In this document: in pieces, positions 25,634 to 38,758 of the stretch
How positions within the stretch are numbered: the first letter of the stretch is position 1
Layout of the letters: each line of letters begins with the position of its first letter
Origin: Centroscyllium fabricii
Lineage: Eukaryota
Length of the DNA: 64,000 nucleotides
Direction: 5' to 3'
NCBI GenBank assembly: GCA_051313645.2
Contig: JBNRSN020000014.1
Coordinates: 78,988,001 to 79,052,000, forward strand
Notes under the pieces: model-generated
What the model saw: the letters and a program-made list of their open reading frames with translations, nothing else
Databases searched by the model: none
What the model was told of the DNA's origin: nothing
Position numbers and translations under genes: made by a program

Positions 25634-27329
25634 GATAATAGTACAAAAGAAAATCAAACCGAATATAGAAACTAGAAGGGAAGAACCAGAAAATGTTTGG
25701 AATGGCTAGGGGGTATGAATACAGATAGATAGCAAGAGTAAAGTTATTTATAAACAAAGTTAAAGGCTGAAGCGGAATAAAAATGGAAAATGTAATGAAG
25801 GAATAGTCGATACCAATTGATGTTTTGTCGTGGAGCAATTAGATAGGATAAATATAGATAAGGAAATTAAACTGGGTGGGGGGGGGGGGGGGGGAAATGG
25901 TGGAAAAGACACTGAGCACGAATGGCCTGCATCCTAGAATGCTGATGGAAGTCAAAGTAATAGCAAAGACTGACCACAATCCTTCAAACATCCTTGGATT
26001 ATGGAAGTTGTGCCACAGGATACACAAATCTTCAAAGGAGAAAGGACAAGGTACTTAACTGTTTAAAATAAAATAGGGGCATAGAGTGCTAAACTTGTAC
26101 AAATCATTGGGTAGATGAGTTATAATATTGTCTAGTTTGGGGGCAGCTACTTTAGGCAGTATGTTAAGGCCATGGAGAGGGTGCAGAGATTTATGATAGT
26201 ACCATGGCTACGATACTTTAGTTAGGACAGACCAGGGAAAGTGGGGCTCTTTTAGTACATAAAGAGATAAACGATCTAGTAGTGGTACAGGGTATTCAAA
26301 ATTTGATGATTAATCAGGATAAAGTATTGGTGTGTGGTAACTAGAGGCCATACGTTCAAGGGAACCACCAAACTATTAGAGATGGAGTTTTCTTAAATGA
26401 GATGGCTGTTAGGACATGGAATGTGATACCAGGAACAGAATGCATAATAGTTTTTAAATGAAATGAGACAACAGTTCACTGATAATTGGCACTGGTATGT
26501 ATGATGGTCTGAATGGCCTCCATGCTGTAAAATTATTTAATTTTTTTTTGTTTCAGGATTTCCAGTATTTTGTTTTCTATAATCTGTATAATCAGTTTGC
26601 CTATGAGAGATAAACTATTTCATCTGGTGGGTGAGTCCAGAACAAGGGAGTATCACCTTAAAATTAGAACTAGGCTGTTCAGCGGTGATGTCAGAAAGCA
26701 CTTCTTCAGAGTAATTGAAATTTGGAACTCTTCTCTTCCTCTCTTTCCCCCCAAAAAAGCTATTGAGGCTAATCAATTGAAAATTTCAACACTGACAGAT
26801 TTTTGTTAGGCAAGGGTATAAGGGACCAATGCAAGATACAGATCAACCATGGACTCATTGAAAGGCAGAACAAGCTCGAGGGCTGAATGGCTAACCCTAG
26901 CAGAAGCTCTCAGATGGGTGCACAAGAGTGGCTGCAAATACTTCACATGCTGATTATTTGGGGCAACTGCGATCCGGACACCATTTTGTGCCCCCACCAT
27001 GTGATTCTACACCAAAACCCTGCCACCACCTATTGGTACTCAACCCTCATGCACAGGAATTCCAGATCAGATTCTCTAAATTTATTAATCTCACCCACTT
27101 GGGATTTGTTCACTATCACTTTAGCCTTGCTACTTGGAGAACTTGCATTGATAAACACATTGAGCATAGTAAAACATCCCAAAGTGCTTGACATGAGTAC
27201 AATCAAACAAAAAACATTGGCATGAGCCAAAGGACAGATGATCAAAAGCTCAAAGGTTTTAATGTGAAACAACTGTCCAGAGAATCTTCTTTGCGTTTCA
27301 TTCATTCATTCTCTGGTACACCACACAAT

Positions 27330-29271
27330 GAGAAAAATTACAGCAGCCAATATATTTATTTAAAGCAATTTTACAGCAGTACTAATAGTTGCTTCTGGAA
27401 GGATTCAGAATTCACAACGTAAAATAAACTCTATATAAATAGTTTTAAAAATACTCTAGTCTTAAGAAATATAACAAACAATATAAATGATGTTTATAAT
27501 ACAAATGTAAGGAAGACTCTATTTTCATCTTATGAATCTTCAGTCTCTCTGATACAACCTCAACCAGATAACACAAGCTGCATTGTAAAACTGAACATAA
27601 GGAAAGCAAGTTTAAAAAGTCTTTTATTTCATTACAATTTATGGGTTATGAGGTCTTCCTTGTATGTGTAATGTAACCCATGGACACAGCAATATTATAA
27701 GTAGTCGTAACAAAGGTTCTAACAAAGATAGTGGGAAACCATCAAGATGCCTATGCAATTGAGGTTGGAGTACGTTTTGCTAAATATCATTCTTGATTAT
27801 GTTCCAGAAATGGGTTTCCTTTTGGAAGAAGTTCCAATTCATCCCACTGCAATAGCAGGCGATGAACAAAAATAATGAAATGCTTTGCCTACTCTGTAAA
27901 TTCAACTTGGTTATTTTAACATTTTTATTGCATCTTCTAAATGAGGCAGTAAGTTTGGAAGGTATATTACAACTCTCATTTGGTGGTGGGTATAATATGG
28001 CTGAATTCACAATGCATATTCTGCCCCACTTTCGGTCTAGGATACTGCTTTTGTTGAAGCAGGTTACTGGAATGCTGCTGAGGTTCTTGTCACTGTACCT
28101 TCCAAAAAATTACTAACTGCTTGTAGGTGCTTGAAACCATAACCTTAATGTGTTGTCTACCTGATCTTTACAATGCTACATGAGCATATTGACTGAGGAT
28201 CAGAACATACTTAAATCAGAGCATTTTGAAATTCACACACACAACATTGCTAAATAAAATAATCAGCATTCTATGCTTTATTTTTAAACTCTACATTGCC
28301 ACATGATCCACTCTGTGGGTCCCAAACATCTCCAGATTTTGAATTAGAAAGGATACCTAAATAAATTTCCTACCTGCTCTGGCCCCCTTCAACAAAAAAA
28401 GGTCCAAACATTAACACGCTGCCATTTTACTTGGACTTGAGAGAACAGATTTGTGCACAAGATACATATTACACAGAAGGCAGTGAATAATCCACTTCAG
28501 ACTGGTAATAAAATTGGTATTTCATCAATGCTGTGAATGATACTGACCATCCAAATAAGCCTACCAGAAAAAGTTCACGTTTTGCTTAAAGCTTTGCTGT
28601 GAGACTGGAACTGCTTCACCTGTATTGTTAACTACCTCTGTGTGCAAATAAATCCCAAAAGCCCACAACCAGCCAGCTGCTTGAGCATGTGGTTAGTCCT
28701 GGAATACTGAAATGCTCTCCCTGTTGTCCCACGATAAATTGGCATTGCACCCACTCACTGATACCAACATGGGATCTGTGCCAGATACTTTAATTAGCAT
28801 CTTTATACATCAGTTTGTGCTCTGAACCTTATGGGAGATGCATTTCAGTACCTGTCAACAACTGGAAAGCAAGCCAACTATCAGCAATGATCAGTTTTCA
28901 CAACCAAGTCACTGTATTGCTTTTTGCAATAAGATGTATTTACAGCAAATCCCTTTTGGTAATTGGTTCTTGACAACGTCACCAAGAGGTGGCTGTGGGG
29001 AATGAAAATTATAATGTGAAAAAAACTTCAAACCTAGTCACTGTTCAGTCAGTCAACATATTTTATAATGTTAGAATAGAACTATAGATTTTCATGGTGA
29101 GGAGTCAACTTTGACTGAACCCAATTTTAGCCTATTTTTTGGTATCTGCAGCATACATTTTTTAAACGATCTTGGGAACAGTCACAGTGGTGCCCACATC
29201 TGTTGAGTTAGTTATTAGAAAGTCGGCCGCTGCTCGTTGGGTGTCATGTTGCGTTTTTCAGCAATGCTTTC
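27330..29271 (-). other. WDR24: Putative WDR24 3'UTR
   Basis: Unique AT-rich sequence after the stop. AATAAA on the - strand (tttatt on +) near 27355, 27623, 27923 and 28277. Confidence 0.5.
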
Positions 29272-29440
29272 TCAGGTATATTCACAGAGGTGGCCACATC
29301 CAGCTGGGCAATGTGAACTGGTCCTTAACCAGTTCATGATGTGCTGCAAGTGTCCACCATGGCTACATCCCTGGCACCAAACAAACAGCCCTTTAACAAC
29401 TTGATGGCAAACAGCACACATGCTAGCACACTGTCGGCAT
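29272..29440 (-). CDS. WDR24: WDR24 terminal coding exon (RING-like zinc finger)
   Basis: gttttAG acceptor. Translates [55 protein letters not shown]. Total CDS is 2358 nt, or 785 aa. Confidence 0.97.
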
Positions 29441-29535
29441 CTAAAACACAAAAGAAAAACATGCAACAGCAGGTTAGAGAGCATTTAATACTGGCAGTTA
29501 CATTAAAATATATTACTCTGCCAACACTGGTTGTA

Positions 29536-30277
29536 TAAGAACATAAGAAATAGGAGTAGGCCAATCGGCCCCTCGAGCCTGCACCGCCATTCAACAAGAT
29601 CATGGCTGATCTGATCCTAACCTCAAATCTACTTTCACTCTCCATCCCGCCCAAACCCATGCGATCTCCTGGGAGAGGCGGAAAACCAGACAAAAACCCA
29701 TTGGCCAATTTGGGAGAAAAAATCTGGGAAATTACTCTCCAACCCATCTAGGCGATCGAAACTTGTCCAGGAGATCACATTGCCGATCTGAACCTAGCAT
29801 CACGTCCATTTACCTGCCCGCTCACCGTAACCTCTAATTCCCTTTGCTTTCAAGAAACTGGCAATCTCGGTTTTAAATTTATTCAAAGTAGTAGCTTCCA
29901 CAGACCCACCACCCTCTGAGTGAAGAAGTTTCTTCTCATCTCAGTTTTGAAAGGGCAGCCCCTTATTCTCAGATTATGCCCCCTAGTTCTAGTCTCACCC
30001 ATCAGTGGAAACATCCTCACCGCATCCACCCGATCAAGCCCCTTCACAATCTTGTATGTTTCGATAAGATCGCCTCTCACTCATCTGAACTCCAATGAGT
30101 AGAGGCCCAACCTACTCAACCTTTCCTCATAAGTCAACCCCCCTCATCTCTGGAATCAACCCAGTGAATCTTCTCTGAACTGCCTCGAGAGCAAGTATAT
30201 CCTCTCTCAAATATGGAAACCAAAACTGTACGCAGTATTCCAGATGTGGCCTCACCAATAACCTGTATAACTGCAGA
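29536..30277 (-). mobile_element. CR1 3' fragment preceded by a different CR1-tailed 3' element (29536-29785)
   Basis: [17 protein letters not shown] and RGDLIETYKIVKGLDRVD. The 29536-29785 body recurs at 51520-51693 and 60470-60590. Confidence 0.8.
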
Positions 30278-30580
30278 ACTTCTGGAGTGGCTTTGGCAAG
30301 AAACCGGTGGAACTTCAAGAGAAATGGTATAAATAACAAAGAATTTCAACAGCTATATTTCCAGATTTTAGTGTCCATTAAACAGTAATTACTTCTAAAT
30401 GTATTTCTATCACATACTAAATGGAATATATGTATCTTCATATAACAAAAGGTCGATATACAGCCAGAAAAAGTAAAATACAATGCAATTTGTTCATTCA
30501 AGCAAAAACAATGCCATCTTAAATATAAAATACAATGCAATTTGTTCATTCATGCAAAAACAATGCCATCTTAAATATAT

Positions 30581-31087
30581 CCATAAGGATGTAATAGCTT
30601 TGGAGAGGGTGCAGAGGAGATTCACCAGGATGCTGCCTGGGCTGGGGAACTTCAGCTATGAAGAGAGACTGAAGAGGCTGGGGTTGTTTTCCTTGGAGCA
30701 GAGGAGGCTGAGGGGAGACCTGATTGAGGTGTACAAAATTATGAGGGGAATAGATAAGGTGGATGGAGTGGAACTTTTTCCCCTTGGTTGAGGGGTCAAT
30801 AACGAGGGGGCATAATTTCAGGGTAAGGGGCAGGAGGTATCGTGGGGATGTGAGGAAGAACTTTTTCACCCAGAGGATGGTTGGAGTCTGGAACTCACTG
30901 CCTGAGAGGGTGGTAGAGGCGGGAACACTCAACATTCAAAAAGCATTTGGATGAGCACTTGAAATGCCACAGCATACAAGGCTATGGACCAAATGCGGGA
31001 AAATGGGACTAGTATAGACTGGGATTGATGGGCGGCACGGACGCGATGGGCCGAAGGGCCTCTTTCTGTGCTGCATCACTCTATGAC
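30581..31087 (+). mobile_element. CR1 LINE 3' fragment (second subfamily)
   Basis: KDVIALERVQRRFTRMLPGL...RGDLIEVYKIMRGIDKVD. A related minus copy lies at 58810-59190. Confidence 0.85.
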
Positions 31088-32416
31088 CTGCCCTGTTTGC
31101 AGAGCCGCATTTTAGATATGGATCATTTCGAAAATGTGCAGATTCATTCATTCAGCTCATGATCATATTGTAATTTCAACTAGTAAATACCTAGTTCGCA
31201 GAGTTTAGGGTCAAGGAATGAGAACAGTGACAGAGTGGAATAATTCACTTTTATGGACTTTTTTTGGATTGGTTCTCAGGATGTGGGTGACACCACCAAG
31301 ATTGCATTTATGGCCCATCGCTAGTTACCCCAAGGTGGAGGAGGTGGACCTAGTCCTTGAATCACTGAACTTTGCAACAATCATTTACATTGGACAGCTT
31401 GCTAGGCCACTTGAGGAAATGGAGTCACATGAAGACCAGACCGGGTAGGGATAGCGGGTCCCTTGCTTGAAGACTAAGTGAATGAGTTGTGTTTTCCATG
31501 ATTGTCTTTCTGCTGCTACCTCATCAATGATGGACTTGGATCTGGTTCACTGTACATGCCAACTTCTGGTAAGCCAAAGTGGAGAAAGAGACGGATGACA
31601 CAATCTGGCTAATTCTGTAATCAGGCCCTCCCTGTAAGATGGCACTCATGGAGTGTGGACCTTAAGCAAGTGCTTTTCGGTACATCAGATGGAAAATCAC
31701 TTGCTACAGAGCAGGGATTGCCTGGAGCAACCAATCACAGAATCTGCCCTTATGAGCTCTTGGAAGAAATTTCAACACTGATTTCACCACTGCCCAAGGT
31801 TATATTACAGTACTTGACTACATGTTCTCTTCAATTTTTTCCCCCCAGGGTTACTGGTGTTCGACATTTTGAAACACACACAAGATAGGAGCAGGAGTAG
31901 GCCATTCGGCCCGTTGAGCCTGCTCTGCCATTTTGATGAGATCATGGCTGATCATCCAAACCCAGCACCCCCCTCCTACCCTCTCCCCATATCCCCCGAC
32001 ATCCCCAACTCTAAGAACTATATCTCACACACATACTCACAGGCAATTTTTAGTATCTCCAATTCACCTAACCTGCATGTCTTTGGGTGAACCTTGGCTT
32101 CTCAATAAAAACTAAAGCTGCCTGCACTGCATCAGTGACTGGTATGTGGCAGAAAGCTCAACAAAGGAGTAGGTTTTAAGATGCTGTAACAGGATAGAAG
32201 AGAATGGCGAAGCTGAAGGATGACAAATCCTAACACTGTATGCAGAGTACGAACTTTTTCTTTCAGTATTAGAAATGGGTTTGTCGGTTTCAGTCAAAAA
32301 GGAATTTTTTATGAGTAATTTCAAACATTTCCAGCTTGCCCCCAATAGAATTGTTTGTACTATTAGCAGAGACACTGAACTTTTCTACAATAGCAGTTAT
32401 TACAGATGTAGCCCAC

Positions 32417-32601
32417 CTATCACAGATCCAGCCCTTGCTGCTCATGGGCCGTTTACAGTTGCTGCAGTTGATGTGAAGGGTGGTGGACGCCTGGTTAAAA
32501 CAATTGATGGAGCTGCAGGTACTCAGCTTGATCACCTCATTTGAGACATTCCAGAGTTTGAAACGCTGCAGCAGATCGATATAAGATGTGTACCAGTGTT
32601 C
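32417..32601 (-). CDS. WDR24: WDR24 coding exon 8 (start of zinc-binding CTD)
   Basis: ttgccAG acceptor and AG|GTGGGC donor. Translates [62 protein letters not shown]. Confidence 0.96.
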
Positions 32602-34798
32602 CTGGCAACAAAGAATAAAAGGCAAAGTTCTAAATATTCAGTGCAATGATCAATATTTCCCCAGAGAGGTTTGGTCAATGATGTCAATTTTTAAATAAAA
32701 CATCCCAAAGTGCTACACATGGAACAGTTGGGAAAGTAGCCTTGGGAAGGAGTTTTAAAGAGTAGGACAAATCTGGCTAAAGGTTGTAACCAATGGAGGA
32801 TTGAAGAGCGTTGATTGCTTAGACACAGGGCTGGAGGAGGTGACAGGAGTAGGGTGGGACAAGGCCACAAGAGTTGTGAAAGCCAAAGCAAAGATTGTGA
32901 ATTTAGTGCCTTGTAGAATAGGGAGCCAGTGAGGACAAGTGCTGGGTAAGCATCCAGGGTGCAAGTGGCAGATTTTGGGATGAATGGAGTTTGTGTAGGG
33001 TGGAGCGGAGTCTTGAGGTAGTAAAGGCATGGCTATGGGTTGTGGGAAGGAGGTAGGGAAAGAGCTGGTATTTAATGGATATGGTTTGGGGACTGATACC
33101 GAGGTTCCACACCATCTGGTTAAGCCTGAGTCGGTAGCTGGGGAGAGGGATGCAGTCAAGGCCAAAGCTACACAATTTGGGCAGCAGTCAAACAGATGTA
33201 TTGTTATCCCAATGTTCAGCTAAAAAATGTTTTAGCTTGCCCACAACCTGATGTCAGATGGACAAGTCTGACAAAGCAGAGACTGTCGTGTGGATTAGAG
33301 GGTGGCAGGCAGCAGGCAGGTGTGACAGTGATAAATCAGAAATGGCCTGGCCACTGCTTGAAACTTCTAAAGTTGCAAAGTCCACATATGATGGCAACAG
33401 ATGGCCCAATGTGTAGGAGTTTATGTGTAGGGCAAGGTTAAGCAAAGAGACTAAGGAAATAGGAAGAAAAACTAGAAATTTGTGGCGGCTGAAATTGCTA
33501 CAGATGAGAAGTGATTTGATGCAAAGGCTATGGGAGATCTCAGCAGATAAATCCTGGGACAGAGAAGGGTGGTAGACAACACATTAGCAGCAGTTGCTGC
33601 TCTAGGAATTAGTGACGAGTGCTGTGGTGGTGGATGTCTCATGGAGTAAAGGAAAGACTGTGGGTATGTCCAGGAGGGAATCAAACAAAGAACGGCAGGA
33701 AGAGAGGTCGATACGGGTGTAGTGTCGAACTGGCTGGTGAATCAAGTGTGGCATTTTGCAAAAAAAAATTTTTTTTAATGGGTTCAGGAAAGTGAGCTGC
33801 AGAGACTGGATGCGATAGGAATTGAGTTGGGGGACACACACGTTACAATTTTTATTTACATTCAACTAAAATTTATTTAAATGTCGCATGCTCATTAAAT
33901 CATAATCACAGGGGATCTGGATGGAGGAGTTATTGAACTCAACAGTGCAAGGCAGCTGAATTATTTGTAACTCTAACTCCTCCAGCACTGAAGTTTATAT
34001 TGTGAATTCCACGCATGAATCCTTCTTGTATGTTAATGCAGAGTGATGGCACATAATGTCGTGCAATTCCAGGATGCAGGATATTTGTCGATTACAACTT
34101 CATGCAAGTAACCATATTGTCCCCAAATAAAGTTTAAATGGTAAAGATCATCATTAATCCGATGTAATAAAATTAACCATCAGCATTTGCACCCCTTTCA
34201 GACAAAAACACCCAAAACATCCAATATTCAAACAATGGAAACGAATTCTATTACTGCATCTTCTGGATTTTGTTTAAATCAAGATCACCGGTGAAGAATG
34301 CTACTAAAGCAGCATCCTCCAATTCCTATTATTTAGGTAGTGTTCGTCAAAGAAAGAAAAGGTTTGGACTGTCATCTAATGAAATAAAAAGATACTCTAG
34401 TAATTGTACTTTCAGGAATGTTGATATTCTTTAGGAATCTGCACAAATTTCACATCACAAAACAATTGCAATCAAATGTCATGGTATTATATAATGTGTT
34501 AAGATGACGAGAAAAGCTCGATGGAGATTGCTTCATTAAAGCAATTCCAATCATTTTTATTTAGTGGGGGACAACATAGATCTCAGTTTCAATGCTATTT
34601 CGATGAAATGGGACAGAAATCTGCTTCGCGATGGCCGTCACAGAACCATCAGGAATGAAGTGACCATTGTGATGTCGATTTCCAAATCTTGCGTATTTAA
34701 AAAAATGGCTGCCACCCCCATGATGAGACCAGCTTTCCCTCATCTTCCCTTAACTTTGAAATTGGCAGAAAATGCAGTTTATTGCAACATATGCTTAC

Positions 34799-35136
34799 CT
34801 GTGTCTGTTCATCGATTTCTCTCCGAATACGGTCCCCGAGTACAATGAGAACGGATACAGCCATCTGTACATCTCCCTGCTCTGCATAGTAATGCAGCAT
34901 GTCCTTAACAAGGGAATTAAAGTAATCAGCTGGTAGATAGGCATCATACAGAGGCTGAGAGATTGACATGAGGGAAAAGGATTCAATTGGGGTTAAGCAC
35001 ACAGTCTCCGCTTCGTTTCCGCTGACATGCGGAGATTCCACTTTATCCTGAAGATGGTCTGGAACCGAAGGGTGATCTATAATTTCGTGACGCAGTTGAA
35101 ACGCTTCCTGAGGCAAAATGTATTCATGTTCCTCTG
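34799..35136 (-). CDS. WDR24: WDR24 coding exon 7
   Basis: TAG/CAG tandem acceptor and CAG|GTAAGC donor. Translates [18 protein letters not shown]...[31 protein letters not shown]. Confidence 0.95.
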
Positions 35137-35239
35137 CTAACAAACAGGAAAGACAGTTATGCAAGGAAATTTTGGCATTGCTGTTTAAAAGAAACAAGAA
35201 AATTGAACAGGGATCGTATTCTAGAACAGCACCATTACA

Positions 35240-35621
35240 TATAGAAACATAGGAGCAGGAGTAGGCCATTCGGCCCCTCAAGCCTGTTCCACCATTCAAT
35301 GAGATCATGGCTGATCATCCAAACCCAGTACCCTGCCTTGTCCCCATATCCCTCGATCCCTGTCGAGCCTGCACCAACACATATCCCACCCTATCCCCGT
35401 AACCCCACATATTCAATCCCCCTAACACTAAGGGTCAATTTATCATGGCCAATCAACCTAACACGCACATCTCTGGGCTGTGGGAGGAAACCGGAGCACC
35501 CGGAGGAAACCCACGCAGACACGGGGAGAATGTGCAAACTCCACACAGATAGTCACCCGAGGCCGGATTTGAACCCGGGTCACTAGTGCTGTGAGACAAC
35601 AGTGCTAACCACTATGCCACC
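35240..35621 (-). mobile_element. HE1 SINE, abutting a 54-bp Tigger-like mini-MITE (35622-35675)
   Basis: HE1 reverse complement, followed by CAGGTTGAGCA...TGCTCAACCTG|TA. Confidence 0.88.
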
Positions 35622-35904
35622 CAGGTTGAGCACCGTGCTGGTCCCGACCCTGCCGGATTAACTCTGCTCAACCTGTACAGACATACAAGGGGTAATTTTG
35701 CGAGTCCACACTGCCTCACTAGCAATGCAAATCAGAAACTTGGGTGCGCACAGGTTGCGATTTTACGACTACTCATTGTAATAGTCTAAAAATTCCACCC
35801 GAAATTATGATGTTCCCTGCTGGTGGGCCAAGGGACCACCAGCTCATTGCAGTGGGGATGGCCTAGCGATAGAGGTAGCACAATTGGCCTCAGGCCTTGG
35901 GTTA

Positions 35905-36090
35905 NNNNNNNNNNNNNNNNNNNNNNNNNNNNNNNNNNNNNNNNNNNNNNNNNNNNNNNNNNNNNNNNNNNNNNNNNNNNNNNNNNNNNNNNNNNNNNNN
36001 NNNNNNNNNNNNNNNNNNNNNNNNNNNNNNNNNNNNNNNNNNNNNNNNNNNNNNNNNNNNNNNNNNNNNNNNNNNNNNNNNNNNNNNNNN
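35905..36090. other. Assembly gap (N run) in WDR24 intron 6
   Basis: Run of N bases. Confidence 0.99.
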
Positions 36091-37141
36091 GTGATACCTT
36101 CATCATTTAATAGCCTCCAAACACTCACATCAAAGTTCACATATGAATAATAATCACTAGAGAGTGAGGCAAAAGAGGACGTCAGTGGAACCTTACTTCA
36201 GTAAGGAGTCAATGCCTTCGGGAAAGGATATTGGGGTAAAAATTGGCAAGTAAAAAAGTCACAAAACATGTAGCAGTAATTTGTCAAGAAGGAAAATGTT
36301 TACAAACTGGGTTGCAAATGTTGGCTACATGCAGACTTGTACATACTGGTCAAATGATGGCCATGCTTACCCAGGCTCACAGTGTGACATTTAGGAGGCT
36401 TTTCAACTGCAGCTGGAACAGGAGTATGGTCTGCTGTTGTTCTGACCAGCATACAGTATGAGCCTGAAGCTTAATGCATGAATTTACACACCCAGCATTA
36501 TTGTTTGTATGCAAGTCAGACACACAAACTCCAAGAAATGTGTATGCTAGCTAGCTTTGCATGCAGATTATTAATGCTGAAGACTATGCAAAAGCATTGG
36601 AATATGCAAATCCCAAGCGTCACTGCAACCATCAGTATTTTTTAAGTTATCAGAAATTAACGGGAAGGGGGGGGGGGTGTGGAGGGAGCACTTCCAGCAT
36701 ACAATACATTCCACACTCAGCTTAAAATAAATCCTACGTCATTGAGAGGAACCTCTAGGTTTAGCACTGGCCATCGGCCTGCTGACGATTAGACATGTTG
36801 GGTCTCCTTAGTGGAGAACAGCCCCCGACACAACCAGTAGGCAGCGCTCATTGTGACAGCAGGAAATGGTGCTTTTCTTGATGGACATCTCTCGTAAGAC
36901 TCCAAGATGGCTAAACAGTTTAGTACCAACCAGGTCCCTCGTCACTATCTAGTCTTAACTACTATTACTTTTCTTTAATCGCCTAAGAGCATCGGGCACA
37001 TACTAGTTGCTTAATGACAGATCTCCATATACAATAGCTGAAGAACACTCTTATGGCTAGGAGACTTAACACAGTCAGTCTTCACTATGTAAGTGATAAC
37101 AGTGGCCATTTCTCCTAACAGGTATGTGAATAAATGCTCAC

Positions 37142-37246
37142 CAGGAGCATTTTCATGGTCCACCATGTAAAGGTCATCTTCATCTCCTTCCACGTCCCCA
37201 AACAGGTACTCAGCAGGCACGTCACTACCTTCTGTCTCCTCATTCT
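37142..37246 (-). CDS. WDR24: WDR24 coding exon 6 (acidic linker)
   Basis: ttgtAG acceptor and G|GTGAGC donor. Translates ENEETEGSDVPAEYLFGDVEGDEDDLYMVDHENAP. Confidence 0.94.
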
Positions 37247-37487
37247 CTACAATAGCAGAAGGAAAATATCAGTCAGGTTAGATTAGATATTAAAAAAAGT
37301 GAGAACTTTGCTCACATTGAAAATATTTAACCCATCACTTACAAGAAATCACAACTAGCAAGCAGAACATTAAACCAAGATGGCATGGCAGCAGATTATT
37401 GTAGCACTAACACACAGTACAAATGTGGGGGCACAGCCTCCACCTGGCACTCCCCTGCTCAAGTAAGTTCCAACCTCATTTTCATTG

Positions 37488-37645
37488 TTTTATTTGAAAT
37501 CACAAGCTTTCGGTGCGCTGCTCCTTCGTTAGGTGAAGTGACTCCGAAAGCTTGTGATTTCAAATAAAACTGTTGGACTATAACCTGGTGTTGTGTGACG
37601 TCTTACATGTGTCCACCCCAGTCCATCACCAGCACCTCCACATCA
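37488..37645 (+). mobile_element. Penelope-like (family A) fold-back insertion
   Basis: Inverted arms ttttatttgaaatcacaagctttcgg / ccgaaagcttgtgatttcaaataaaa. Perfect 12-bp TSD tcattttcattg (37476-37487 / 37646-37657). Confidence 0.75.
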
Positions 37646-37974
37646 TCATTTTCATTGGGATAGGAGTGGGAAAGTAAATAGCTAAAGTTTTACACTAGTG
37701 TTGCTTACCTGCCAACAGGTATAACGATTTCATGCCCTGAACATTCTTTTTTCCCCCAAAGTGATGAAAACCAAATCAGATAACACAATTCTATTGGTAT
37801 TACCAAACCAAACCATTCTGGGATGAAGAAATCCTAACTAGTGTGATGTGTGCTGCATTTGCGTCATTATCTTTCAGTATTTCTATTGAGGTCGCAAAGC
37901 TACAAGAAACGAGACATTCAATTTTTAGTACCCAAGATTTAAGGTTAGGTAGTAGCAGGATGCACCAGAAGGAA

Positions 37975-38124
37975 TTCAGAATTCAATTCAATTCAAGTTT
38001 TATTGTCATTGCAGAGTACTAGTACAATACAACGAGACGAAGACTCGACTCTCCCGAGAGTAGTGCAAATAAATTACATGCAAATTGCATACAGTAAAGT
38101 ACATTTTCAGGTGTGCAGGTACTG

Positions 38125-38169
<45 letters not shown>

Positions 38170-38248
38170 TTCAGGAGGCTGACAGCCCTGGGGAAGAAGC
38201 TGTTCTGAAATCTAGTCGTGCGGGTGCGAATTGATCTGTAGCGTCTCA
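37975..38248 (-). mobile_element. Rex1/Babar LINE 3' end
   Basis: Reverse complement of 57115-57330, with a (TTGAA)n tail and AATAAA. Confidence 0.8.
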
Positions 38249-38758
38249 GGACAGAAAGGGGTAAAGTTAAGACTTCAAGTAAGTCAAGCTGAGCTGCCCT
38301 CACCACCTTAGTGGCCAGTTACAAGAAAAAAAAGACCTGCGACCAGATTGTGCATCTGTCCTGTCAGTGTGAATAATTAAGTGGAGAGAGAGAAAGGGAA
38401 AAGAAAACTACTTCGTGAAAAATAACATTTTTGTAACAGTGAAGATTGGTGGTGAGGACCAAGCTCTTTACTAGAATTATTTCTCAATCTACCACGCGAG
38501 ATATTGATGGATAGACATTGTTCTTTGATACTCTAAAATCCATTTATAATTTTTTTTAAACAATGTCATAACAGTGTCAGAACCTTTAGCACTCACAAAT
38601 CTTAATGAGCCAAGTAGCACCAGGATTGACACGAGTACCCTGTGTCTCATTAATAAGTTTAATTGGATAAACTTTAATGAGCTGGTTAACTGGAGTTCCA
38701 TTGAACATGTACAAAAATACTGATACAGTAACAAGGCACAAATCAAATATTACTGTAC

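Noticed and set aside
35786-36150. ORFs spanning the N run
   Set aside because: Artefacts of the assembly gap.
37700-37740. Strong minus-strand donor CAG|GTAAGC in WDR24 intron 5
   Set aside because: No convincing paired acceptor giving a sensible exon was found.
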